Shown: one piece after another, positions 30,001 through 41,419 of the stretch
How the letters are laid out: every line of letters begins with the position of its first letter
How positions within the stretch are numbered: the stretch's first letter is position 1
NCBI GenBank assembly: GCA_040954595.2
Contig: CM082597.2
Span: forward strand, 4,221,244-4,285,243
Length of the DNA: 64,000 nt
Direction: 5' to 3'
From: Balanoglossus misakiensis
Taxonomy: Eukaryota > Animalia > Hemichordata
The notes under the pieces: model-generated
Database searches by the model: none
The model's input: only the letters and a program-made list of their open reading frames with translations
Told to the model about the DNA's origin: nothing
Program-made: the position numbers and the translations under genes

Positions 30001-31020
30001 GAATTTTCGAGTTGCCGAATTTCGAGATTTTCGGCCGATTTGAACATTTTTCATGGGTTAACCATCATGGTTTTTGTCGAAAAACCACGAATTTTCGAGT
30101 TGCCGAATTTCGAGATTTTCGGCCGATTTGAACATTTTTCATGGGTTAACCATCATGGTTTTTGTCGAAAAACTACGAATTTTCGAGTTGCCGAATTTCG
30201 AGATTTTCGGCCGATTTGAACATTTTTCATGGGTTAACCATCATGGTTTTTGTCGAAAAAGCACGAATTTTCGAGTTGCCGAATTTCGAGATTTTCGGCC
30301 CTTTTGAACATTTTTCATGGGTTAACCATCATGGTTTTTGTCGAAAAAGCACGAATTTTCGAGTTGCCGAATTTCGAGATTTTCGGCCGATTTGAACATT
30401 TTTCATGGGTTAACCATCATGGTTTTTGTCGAAAAACCACGAATTTTCGAGTTGCCGAATTTCGAGATTTTCGGCCGATTTGAACATTTTTCATGGGTTA
30501 ACCATCATGGTTTTTGTCGAAAAACCACGAATTTTCGAGTTGCCGAATTTCGAGATTTTCGGTCGATTTGAACATTTTTCATGGGTTAACCATCATGGTT
30601 TTTGTCGAAAAACCACGAATTTTCGAGTTGCCGAATTTCGAGATTTTCGGCCCTTTTGAACATTTTTCATGGGTTAACCATCATGGTTTTTGTCGAAAAA
30701 CCGCGAATTTTCGAGTTGCCGAATTTCGAGATTTTCGGCCCTTTTGAACATTTTTCATGGGTTAACCATCATGGTTTTTGTCGAAAAACCGCGAATTTTC
30801 GAGTTGCCGAATTTCGAGATTTTCGGCCCTTTTGAACATTTTTCATGGGTTAACCATCATGGTTTTTGTCGAAAAACCGCGAATTTTCGAGTTGCCGAAT
30901 TTCGAGATTTTCGGCCCTTTTGGACATTTTTCATGGGTTTACCATCATGGTTTTTGTCGAAAAACCACGAATTTTCGAGTTGCCGAATTTCGAGATTTTC
31001 GGCCCTTTTGGACATTTTTC
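1..31020. repeat. 88-bp tandem satellite DNA array, ~350 head-to-tail copies, extends beyond the left edge
   Basis: Monomer tcggccgatttgaacatttttcatgggttaaccatcatggtttttgtcgaaaaaccacgaattttcgagttgccgaatttcgagattt recurs every 88 bp (ORF track starts at 44, 132, 220...). About 39% GC by hand count; single orientation throughout. Confidence 0.99.
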
Positions 31021-31361
31021 ATGGGGTATACATCATGATTTTTTTTTCAAAAAACCACGAATTTTCGATTTGGCGAAAATCGATTTTTCGGGCATTTTTG
31101 GACATTTTTCATGGGTTATACATCATGATTTTTTTCAAAAAATGACAAATTTTCGATTTGGCGAATATTGATTTTTTGGGCATTTTTGGACATTTTTCAT
31201 GGGTTATACATCATGATTTTTTTCAAAAAATGACAAATTTTCGATTTGGCGAATATTGATATTTTGGACATTTTTCATGGGTTATACATCATGATTTTTT
31301 TCAAAAAATGACAAATTTTCGATTTGGCGAATATCGATTTTTTGGGCATTTTTCATGGGTT
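30920..31361. repeat. Diverged terminal monomers of the satellite (edge variant)
   Basis: About 5 progressively diverged units, e.g. ggacatttttcatgggttatacatcatgatttttttcaaaaaatgacaaattttcgatttggcgaatattgatttttt, colinear with the core monomer; some units are shortened. Confidence 0.92.
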
Positions 31362-31514
31362 TTAGCTCATGAAATTTGTCAAATAATGACAAACTCCCAA
31401 CTTTGTGAACTTTGGTGATTTTGTCATCGATAAAGGACAAAATGACCAAAGTTTGCAAAGTCGGAAAATTGTCATCTGTTGACAATTTTTATGAGCTATA
31501 ACACATGAAAAATG
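31347..31514. mobile_element. 168-bp palindromic (fold-back/MITE-like) element capping the satellite
   Basis: Left arm 31347-31425 and right arm 31436-31514 (79 bp each) are reverse complements without gaps, ~14 mismatches by hand, around a 10-nt loop atcgataaag. The palindrome is seen directly; mobility is inferred from a related fragment at 36396. Confidence 0.7.
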
Positions 31515-31565
31515 TACATACATACATACTACATGTGTAGTATATATATACATACATACATACAT
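31515..31565. repeat. Imperfect (TACA)n/(TA)n microsatellite
   Basis: tacatacatacatact...tatatatatacatacatacatacat directly after the palindrome. Confidence 0.85.
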
Positions 31566-31778
31566 GTCTTTTATATTTCTGATTTGCATAAAACAGTCAA
31601 CAAAACTTTACAGTTGAAATTGCAATATAGCAATGTTTTATTTCATTTTACTGCAAGTGACATTCTTGAAGATTGAAGTGACTAAAATATTGCTCCAATT
31701 TCTTTATGTAATACTGATAATAGTTCTGTTACAATGGACTATTAAAACCGTGCACTCTGAACCCCTATCAATGGTCTA

Positions 31779-34700
31779 TCAATGTCGAAGAAAATGGCCT
31801 TTTAGGTTGTCAAATTGTTCCTGGTTGAATATCTTCTTGAAAAGATAATGTTCACGGTCTTCTTTCGATGATAGGGTCATAGATTTCCATTCAAAATGTG
31901 GAATCTGAAAGAAACAATTTTCCATTAGTATATATATTACAAAATAATAAAGAATAAAACAACAGCAATTCCTTAACAAAACAAAACAAAGTATCATTTT
32001 AATCTCTTGTTGCCTTTTTCCAATAATTATGTTTGATACAAGACACCGTTTATGTTAATGTACATGTGGATGTATAGTGAATCAACGTTCGACCACACAC
32101 ACCTTCCATCCTGCTTGTAGACATGAGAGTGAAAAAACTTGGTATATTGAATAATCAGTCTTTACCATTTATTCATTTTGGGCGATGGTTTACTCTCATA
32201 TAAGCGGGATGTGTGTGGTCAAACATTGATTCACTATATATCCACATGTACATTAACATAAATGGTGTCTTGTATCAAACATAATCAATGGAACAAGAAC
32301 AGTGAGAGAGAGACTTTGTCCCTGTAATCTCACAGTAGAATACCATGTATGAACTTACCGTGATGTATCTATATCCCATAATTTCAAGATGGCGTCTCTT
32401 CATTCCTTGGTAACCCATTGGATGGTGCACATTTGAACAGAAGTACTTGGCACCTAGGTAGTCAATGGCAACCCTACAAACAAGAATGGTCAGACATGGG
32501 TTATAGTCATGGTTTTAGTGTCAACTAAAACTCTGGTTCATTGTGATAAAATTATACATAGTAGATACAGTATTTTGAATCACAATTTTGTAAAGCAATC
32601 AGATGCTGTTCAAAATGGGAATTGCATCATTTGTCCCCTGCTATTTCTCTGCTAGCCAGCCATTATGTCGCCATAGTGATGACCTATTACCTCTGTGCTC
32701 CTGGGGGCAGTTGTTTCTTCATCACTCCCCATTGAATATTATGGGATGCATCACCCATGGCATGCTGGGATTTATTCAGTGCACTGCCATATTCGGCACA
32801 CACTAACGGTCGGTTGTTTGTCGACAGTATCACTTCAAATCCTGCAGGGAATGAAAAGTTCAAAGAAAAATTGGATTAGATTTAGTTTACCACTAAATTC
32901 AGTATTCACCACTAAGCAAAACATAGCTGCCTTGAAAAGCAAAAATTAACCAAAATAACACAGTTATAATCAGAATGCTGGAGAGTTTTACTTGCCTAAT
33001 TTATACAGGTATGGTGTGAAGACACCTCTTCGTAGAAATTCAAAACCACCTAAGATGCTGGTGAGATGCTTCTCAATGTCGTCTAAGATGGCTGCATTCT
33101 GTGGTTGCTCTAATGTAAATAATTATAACATAATTAAATCCAGTGCCACTTTCATGTACATACATACATACATACATACATCAATACATACATCAATACA
33201 TACATACATACCTACCCCTGTATGTGGAAACTTCGTGAAACCATGGTATCTTCATTTCAGGACACTCTAACTGCACACAACGGTTCAACTTCATCAACCG
33301 GTTTTGGACACGATTTCTCAACCCCACATTTGAATCTGGATAAAGAAAAAAAAGTTAAACAGAACCAGACAAGAATGGATTCTATGTAAGAAACTGTGTG
33401 TAGTCAGTGGCTGTTTTAATTTTAAGTTTGTCACTGGCTCTTTGCAGTTTTCAAAACAAAAGCAACATATTTGTGGTCAGGTGGCAAATGTTTTTGCACG
33501 CCAGCCAAGTGAAAATATGTGATTGGCTAGATCTCTACTTTCCATGATGACTGTGATTTCATTTGCATGGGTAAACGTATACCTTTTCAAAAGGTCAAAA
33601 TTGTGATTGACTTTCGTTCCATTAGTGAAATTACTTACGTGCAATCACTTGATCCAGCTTTCCTAGAAAATCGACACTGAAAATAAAGCTTACGAGTTTC
33701 TCCGGGAAATACTGAGCCATGGCCAGCTGATACGCATTGTTCACTATTTCCACGGGGTCTTTCCAGAGGCGTAGATTATCCAGGCACGTCGAGATGCAGG
33801 CTTGATAGAACTCCTCCGCATTCCGTGGCCTGTAGTTCAGTTCGGAGTACGCGGCGAGGACACTGTGTATTTGCGAGAGGGTCATCCAATGAACATGGTT
33901 TGGTAACGTCCGCGCGATGTCGTCGAGAATCTCTGGTGAATAATAGCGATTTCTGACAAGGTGGTTGGCTACTTGGGGTAATTTGTTCCAGCGGTCAAAA
34001 CGGTCACTGCGTTCGTCCTTACCGCCGCTAAAGAGTTTCACGTCCTCCAACAGAGCGAAACACTTCTCATTCAACGTGTTGATTATCCGGAGAAACTTTC
34101 CCCTGTTCGAGACGCGTTTCTCAAGATACGGGTGATTTATAATGTTTCTCAGCGCCTTGGCGGCCAGACTGAGCTTGTGTATGTCGTACGCGTGCGACGA
34201 GTTTTGGACCTTCTGAAAAATAACGCCGTGCGATTCTGGATACGACAGAGGCAGAAATGACAGCGACGTGACAATTCTGGGGACCTTTTTCGGATTGATG
34301 TTATCCACTAACGTACACATTAACCGCTTGTAAATTTGATCCACAGTGTCCAAGTCTGCATTTTGTAACATGTGGTTTTTGCTGATCCTGAGAACATCGC
34401 GGTCGTTTGCGTCAATCAGTAACCTAGAGAGAATTCTCGGCAGACAAGTGTTCAAGCTTTCCGACCAATAGTTCGTCCAGCTGACAGTACCACACAGTCT
34501 GACGAAAGACTCCAGAGAAATCTCATCGAACTTCTCGAGCAGAAGAGCCTCGATTTTGTCGACAAGATCTCCAGATGCTCCGTGTTTTATTGCCATTTCA
34601 AAGAGTCTGGAAACGCTGTCTGGATCGAATTCCGTACCCTCGGAATAGATCTCTTCAATTCTCTTGAGGATAGCCTGTTTGATTCCATGGTTACTGTACT

Positions 34701-35658
34701 CAAGGTTGTGACAGAACATGGATAGCATATACAGCCACTTGGTGTCAAATTCATCAATTCTCTGCTGAAGCGCGTGCATGCACTTTTCAATGAGTGCCTT
34801 ATTCGGCTTCGGAACGTTCTCCATCGCATACAGGATTTTCCGCACTGTGAGGTCCGTAGGCTGTCCAGCGTGGAGCAGATCCACGGCCTTGGACATGAGT
34901 TCTTCTTGAAACGGCCCAGAGCTGAGAGTCACCACTGCGTCCAGTAGAACGGCAAACGATGGAAGGTCGTCAGGGGTGAAATCCCCCAGACGTCGTCTCA
35001 CGATCTCAGCGACTGCCCCCATAGCCGGACTGCTGCGGAGACCCATGAACTGCAGGCAGATGGTGAACTTGGCCAGCTCTGCGAAATCCATCGCTTCCAG
35101 CCGCCCCTGCGCTTCTTGCAGTAACCTTTGAACCGCTGCACTACTCGACAGGTGACCTCCGGGAAGAAAGGTCAAAGTGTAAAGGGCACTGAGAAGCATT
35201 GCATCGTCGCATTCCTTAGAATTTTCCTCGATAGCCTTCAGGAACATCTTCCCGGATGTGTGGCTAAATATATCATCAGTGTTTCTCTCCTCCTTTGGTT
35301 TAACCTTCTGTAATTGGTACAGACGGGTGACAGCAGCTGATGTAACGGCACATGGCAGAGATGACGTATTCTCATCCATTGTATCAAACAGCTCACTAAC
35401 CGTCTCTGCTTGGTCGATATCTGCTATGACATCGTCCACTGATTCTGAACTCAGTGTTTGATGGTGTTTCAAGATTTCAGCTTGGGCCTTCCTCGTCGCT
35501 TCCAGTTGTAGTACAGTGGCTGGACACGCATTCTGACTCAGCCTCCTTTCAAATCCTGGTCCTCCATGGCATATAGCTGGTAAAGACTTGCAGAGAGTCC
35601 TGCTCTGACACTGCAATCTGATTCTGTTTAGAACCACGGCCGTCCCTGGTTTTAACAT
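31779..35658 (-). CDS. FASTKD1: FAST kinase domain-containing protein 1-like (mitochondrial RNA-binding, FAST + RAP domains), 6 coding exons
   Basis: Exons 35658-33639, 33335-33216, 33109-32996, 32841-32691, 32473-32359 and 31904-31779 join in frame. Motifs LAMAQYFPEKLVSFIFSVDFLGKLD, LMKLNRCVQLECPEMKIPWFH, ILGG..FTPYLYKLGFE, and RAP domain RVAIDYL..FCSN..MKRRHLEIMGY..IPHFEWKSM. Basic N-terminus is compatible with a mitochondrial presequence. Paralogue choice (FASTKD1) rests on recalled similarity of LNR.V.LECPE..IPWFH. Confidence 0.85.
32026..32285. mobile_element. ~260-bp MITE with ~75-80-bp terminal inverted repeats, in the last FASTKD1 intron
   Basis: attatgtttgatacaagacaccgtttatgttaatgtacatgtggatgtatagtgaatcaacgttcgaccacacac is the reverse complement of 32211-32285 with ~4 mismatches. 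Flanks are caata / caatg (possible imperfect TSD). Confidence 0.8.
33156..33210. repeat. (TACA)n microsatellite in FASTKD1 intron
   Basis: Direct reading; abuts the splice donor at 33215. Confidence 0.9.
33505..33587. mobile_element. Partial copy of the TTAA-flanked MITE at 52073-52227
   Basis: Shares tgaaaat.tgtgattggctagatctc...ccatg and a terminal ..tatacctt with the 52073 element. Confidence 0.6.
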
Positions 35659-36269
35659 TGTGACGCCTCAGGTTTGAACCCACTGGCAGAACGGCTAGAA
35701 CTGATTGCAATCACATTGTTACTGTTTTAGGATGCGGTCTTTTCCCTGTTGAAGAATAATACAAAAAGTACATCAACAGACCACTCAGGCCCTCAATTCA
35801 ACTGAAAGGCCCCACTGTTGATGTGCACCTGGAAAATGCATCTATGGGGATTTGCGGTTGCCTTGAGGGCCTGTGACCTGGCCAGGCTGCATTTTAACAT
35901 AGGTGCTGCGGTCAACGATTAACACATCAATTATGACCTGACCATATGACCCCCACCCATCCCCAAACACACACACAGTGACACACACTACACACGCCAC
36001 ACACTTTGCAGTTGGCACCATAACGTGTAGCGATGTCGATTTCACCTTGTCGATATCGTTAATGTCAATGGGGTCGTGCCCTCACAGGAATCGATCACAA
36101 TCCAATTCCATGTCCACCAAAATGCTTAACTCAATATCAGAGTACACAAAATCCCTCGCAAACATTTCTTTGGCCTTACCTTGTTTGAAAGATGTTCTCA
36201 CATCGCCGGCGAAGACGCAATTTTGACTTCAGACAGCTGACTCTCAATCTAGGCCATGTGTTGTCCTTA

Positions 36270-36350
36270 CATGACCTTTGACCTTTAGAGCGAGGACATT
36301 GAGGGCGCTCACTCAGGCCCAACACGACGTCATCAGCACGTGACGTCAGC
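36270..36350 (-). promoter_or_regulatory. Putative FASTKD1 promoter/first non-coding exon region with CRE and E-box
   Basis: TGACGTCA at 36341-36348 overlaps CACGTG at 36337-36342, with GACGTCAT at 36326. Candidate 5'UTR donor near 36179 (AAG|gtaag on minus) and acceptor near 35746. Confidence 0.45.
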
Positions 36351-36395
36351 AGCTTTTGGTTATCGTAACCTTGGTTATCGACAAACAATTATACA

Positions 36396-36588
<193 letters not shown>

Positions 36589-37012
36589 TGACATAAAAAG
36601 GAATTTTTATTTCAAATATCACCTGAAACAATTGTACATAGGAGTTCTGCAGAATTTTGAAGAATGTACAAACGAACCATCTAGTATATTGTAAGAATAT
36701 AGGAATTGATTCAAGTACTACAATAAGCAACTAACTACCACCATACAGTCGTGACAAGTTTATTTTTATATATTTGATAACAAATGAAATATCAGAATCA
36801 TAAAAAAAGATGGCGGAATATATGTTTTGTACAAAATAAATGGCTGGTTTAAACTTTTTATACAAGAGAGCTGTGATGTTTTCCCAGTCTATGATGTTGA
36901 AAATTTTAAATTATTCCGTTCGACTACAAACCCAGGGTCAGAAGTTGCATTATGGGTAAAGATGTCCCTGGGTTTGAGGTCAAAGGTCAGTCAGTATCCA
37001 TGACAACAAGGT

Positions 37013-40000
37013 TTAATCTCCTTCCTCGGCGGCGTCATCACCGGCATCGTCAGCTGCCGGTGCATCGTCTGCTGCGTCCGGCGCTTCTTCCGCCTCATTC
37101 CCTTCCTGTTCCGTGGCTGCCGGGACTTCCGCGTCCTCCGCCGTCTCTCCTTCGGCCGGTTGCTCCGCTTCTGGAGAAAAAAAAAACACGGAATAATGAA
37201 TCAAATGTCCGGATTACCACATGACTGTACACAGATCAAGCGTTCGTTACTGGGTTATCAAATAGATGGGTCCAGTATTGGTAACTGTAGCTATTTTCCA
37301 TGTAATATCAGAATATGAAATATGTAAAACGGACGCAGTCAAACCTGTGTTAGTGGCCACCTCTATATAGTGGCCACTCTGTCACAGTCCCTGTGCAATA
37401 TACATGTACATTAATTCACCTGTCTATAAAGGCCAGTTAAGGAAAGTCCCTTGACTGGCCACTATAGACAGGTTCGACTGTATAACTAAAACGTTCTGAC
37501 ACTCTGATATCTTCTAACCCCCTTTTCCTGGTGCAACGGTCCAACGTCACCACAGAAAACAATAGATTTGGACTGAACCATTATGGTGAAGGGCGTAACT
37601 CACCTCCATCAGCGGCTGCTGTTTCGCCTTCCTTTGCGTCGCCTTCCCCTTCCTGGGCCGCCTCCTCTCCGGGGACAGTCAGCGTGATCGCCGTCACTTT
37701 CCCGGCTTTCCATTTGGGAACCGTCACGGTTACTGGCTCCTCCTCTTCAGTTTCTCCTCCTTGTTGCTATGGAGACAAACAAACAAACATATGGTCAATA
37801 TTCCTGTCACACCGCAGGTTGAGTTTTGTATGTGAATATATGTACAATCCACTCAATTTTCATACCAACACATGCATGTGTGCTGAATTTCTCTCTGTGT
37901 ACTGCAAGCATGCTTGAACTCGGTAAAAATCACATAATGAAAGTTACAGTATTGCAGCTGTTCTTTGAAAGGGCTAGTTTCAATATAATCATATCAAGAA
38001 TTGATCAGAAAAAAAAAAGTTTTCAAAAAAATCATTTTCATGCACAGGTGTCCATAATTTCATACCATGCACGAATATTTACTGAACCTTGTTTAAAATG
38101 CACACTAAACTTACAGTGAAACCCTGTCATAAAGCATTAAAAAGTGTTTGGACAAAAATATATACAATATTGTCAGTAGAAGTACTTTCAGCTCCAAGGG
38201 GAGAAAGACAATCAAACAATTACTTATAGCCGTGAAACCCATACAAAATCATAGAATCTACTTTGATAACTGATCTATGCTATGTATGTCATTCACTACA
38301 TCATTAACATTTGGCATGGCATTCATACAAAATCACTGAAGTGAACCCAATCGGAAAGAACCAGTCTATGGAATTATAGGACAATCACCCCCTGGGACAT
38401 TTACCCACCAGACACTTCACCTCACCATAGCCCTTAATGCTACATGGGCAATATCTGGGTGGTAATGGCCAGGGGGTGACTGTCCTGATAGTCTACATGT
38501 GGTTGAAATCAAACCAGGGGATTATTGTTAGTAGTAACTTACAGGCAGTTCCTTCACAGAGAATAGAGAGAAATGAAAGTTGTGTGTTAGATAGGAAATA
38601 TGGAGATGACAGAAATGATACATAACGTTCTGGAGACAGAACAAGAATGGCAAGAGTGGCATGTTTCTTGTACAGTAAAGATCTATATAATTTTTTTTGG
38701 TTTTGTGAATTTCTTCAAAGCTTGTAGTACAAAGGAGTGTTAGCAGAGAATATTACCGGTACAAAGGTGTTACATACATGTACCATGTTCCCTAAGGCAC
38801 ACCTGGTACATCGCTGATGTTGGTACTAGACCAGTATAGCTGTCATATGACAAGGATGTCTTACCTGTTCAATAGGAATGTATTCACCATGTTGCTCACA
38901 GCCGATGTCAAAGACGTATTTGCCAACACCTTGTGGCTGTTATAAGAAAAAGTTGTTGAAAAATAACAAATGTTAGCAAATGAAATTTTTGAGAATATAA
39001 AATTGAGATAAATACTTGAATGTACATACCATTTTTGATCTAATGTGTTCAAAAATCATTTGGGGACTTAGCACATGATGAAATCATATTTCAAACTACA
39101 GTGGATGAAAATATGATATTTTTGTGTGAAATAAAATCAACAAGGCTAGATTAACAGCGACCATTTGCCTGTACTTACATGATCTGTTGAAAAGTTGCCT
39201 TGGTATTTGTGATTAAGATGGATAATTTCTCCAGCGCCTTCTCGCCTACCACTGACGTACGTCCCGACGTATTTTGTACCGGTTTCCTTGTATGTGTAGA
39301 CTCCCTGGCCGTGTTTCTGGTGGTTCTGCCACTCGCCTTCCAACATGTCCCCATTGACGTATGTGTACACTCCGTAACCATGGCGCTGGTCATCAACCCA
39401 GCTACCTGTGGAATCAAAACAACAAGTGTATGTTGATTAGAAAAAACACAAACAAATCAACAGTCAAATTGTATCACATAATATATGTTCATAGTTTACA
39501 ATGTCCTTCCAAACTTTAAAACAATAACTATTTCTATGATCATATTAAATACTGAATGAGTTAATATTTTGTTAATCATAGCATTAACTCACCTTCATAT
39601 TTTGATCCGTCTGGATAAATAAAAGTACCTTGGCCTTGTTTTTTGTTTTGTCTGTATTCACCTATGTATCTGGCGCCATTTTTAAACCTATAAACACCCT
39701 GTAAGCACAAACAAAACAAAAAATATTGTCAGAAGAAAACAAAAAAAAAACGCAAGACGTGCAATATTACAAGGGATGTAATGGAGAGTCTTTGAGTGTT
39801 GACATGATAGGTTGGTAACTGTATGTGTCTCCATTTCTTCAAGTGTGCTTTTTTTCTTGTGTATGTTTCAAAATAATGATTGTACATTATTTTACCTACT
39901 GTGTCAAAATAAGAAGTTGTAGAACCTTCTTTATATTGACAGCTCTTTACCATACTGTGTGACTGTCATGACAAATCATGTTTGACTGTAGAAAGCAGCC

Positions 40001-41419
40001 TAACACTTGTGTGCTTTATACATGTACTTACATGTCCATTTCTTTTGCCGTGTTCGTACAATCCATCGTATGTGTCGCCATTGGGTAACGTTGCTTTGCC
40101 TTTGCCATGCCTTTCTTCTTTCTCGTTCCTCTCTCCTTCGTATTCCTGTCAAAAATATATCATAGGTTAGTAAGAATAAAATGAGAGATTGTACCCCTTC
40201 CATAGGCAAGTGGGAATATCCTTGATGAACAAATTTTTCTTTTCAATAAAAAAAAGAAGACATGTTTAGTGAATGTATACCAACACATTTCTGATCATGA
40301 TACTCCTGCTAATAATTAAGTAGAAAACTTGGAAATAAAAATCTCATATATGTAGCTAAGGGTTAATGAATCATCAATCATATCATTGTGTTATGGTGTC
40401 ACATGCTAACCACAGCAGAGAATTACAATGGGCTGTCTGAACTACCGGGTCCGTAATATGGAAATAAATAATCCAACATTTCATACCATGCACCATGCAG
40501 AGTATCTGGGTCAATGGTGTGCCATATAGGAAATTGGAAGTGATCAGTGACTTTCAGATTGTGCCTCACCACCATGGTGTGACTTGGGGGAGGGGGAGGG
40601 GAAGGGATCACACCAAACTTATTTTGTGTCACCCTGTGTTACCTGTCGAGGTTCACGTGAATTGTGATAACGATTTCGACCCTGCAGATGTGTTAGTAGC
40701 AATTAACAAAGAAGAATAAAAATTAATAAATAAGATTTGAAATGAAATTAATTAAGAAACTGTGTTAATTATGTGTTAATAAAATGAACCAAATGTAATA
40801 TTTGGATTTATCACATCAATGACAAAAACACAGAAGGTTGCTGGGGTGTGTGCCCAGTAACAAATATTGTGATTTTGATACAAGAATGCATTTTCGCTTG
40901 TAAAGTGATTTAGATATCCAAGACTGATGAAAAAATGTCGCACGCTTCACAGATATAAATTTATGGGCCCCGAACTTGACTTTTGGCTCTGTAGAGATAA
41001 ACAAGTACTCAAAGAGGAGTGCTCGTGGGGGCAACGTTGCCTGTACTACGGTATGGACGTTGTTCTACAGACAGAACTTCTGTCGTTCTGAGGGTGGTAG
41101 GCTAGAGAAACGTCGTATTCGTCCAATTCTAGTTCGATTTTCTCCATAAGAAACGATCTGTGCACAAAACATTGATGCCGCTAGTGTGATTACTTTTATA
41201 AAATCACAGATCAGGTGCAAAAGAAGTATTACTGAAGTTTTCAAGCAATCGGTACATGGTGTACACATCGGCCACAAGCCTGTTCCGCATCAAGTGTCTA
41301 GTATTTTGATCGGAAACAACCACTGTTTTCTTTTAGAACTGTTGAGTCCAGACAAAAATACTTACGCCTAAGTATGGACCCTGGTCTTCTTCATCGTATT
41401 CTGAGCCTAGATCGGACAT
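37013..41419 (-). CDS. RSPH1: Radial spoke head 1 homolog (MORN-repeat protein), 7 exons
   Basis: Exons 41419-41366, 40145-40032, 39698-39593, 39405-39179, 38936-38865, 37766-37604 and 37170-37013, all GT-AG. Protein [46 protein letters not shown].. [11 protein letters not shown].. [15 protein letters not shown].. VPKW plus acidic tail, the RSPH1 signature. Confidence 0.95.
37336..37480. mobile_element. MITE family A (CAGT...ACTG termini, Tc1/mariner-pogo-like), copy 1
   Basis: TIR cagtcaaacctgt...acaggttcgactg followed by TA; internal tggcca palindromes; homologous copies at 55175, 60412 and 61072. Confidence 0.8.
37518..37593. mobile_element. MITE family B (piggyBac-like), degenerate copy
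   Basis: Shares ggtccaac..cacca.agaaaacaatagatttggactgaaccat..tggtgaaggg with the 85-bp family B copies. Confidence 0.65.
38378..38486. mobile_element. ~110-bp hairpin MITE in RSPH1 intron
   Basis: aggacaatcaccccctgg...ccagggggtgactgtcct (18-bp TIR, 1 mismatch). A related end agggcagtcaccccctgg occurs at 61954. Confidence 0.7.

Noticed and set aside
1-31020. CRISPR array, telomere or rDNA/tRNA array
   Set aside because: No unique spacers, no cas genes, no TTAGGG-type repeat and no RNA-gene structure; the context is intron-containing animal genes.
44-31171. Hundreds of 77-aa ORFs and longer 106-194-aa variants in the repeat
   Set aside because: Artefact of an 88-bp period read through three frames from a TTG start. 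Longer ORFs arise only at single-base indels, and there is no recognisable protein.
36272-36285. TGACCTTTGACCT nuclear-receptor DR1 site in the FASTKD1 5' region
   Set aside because: The same motif appears in 3'UTR contexts (~36977, ~48187), so it seems common in this genome and is not diagnostic.
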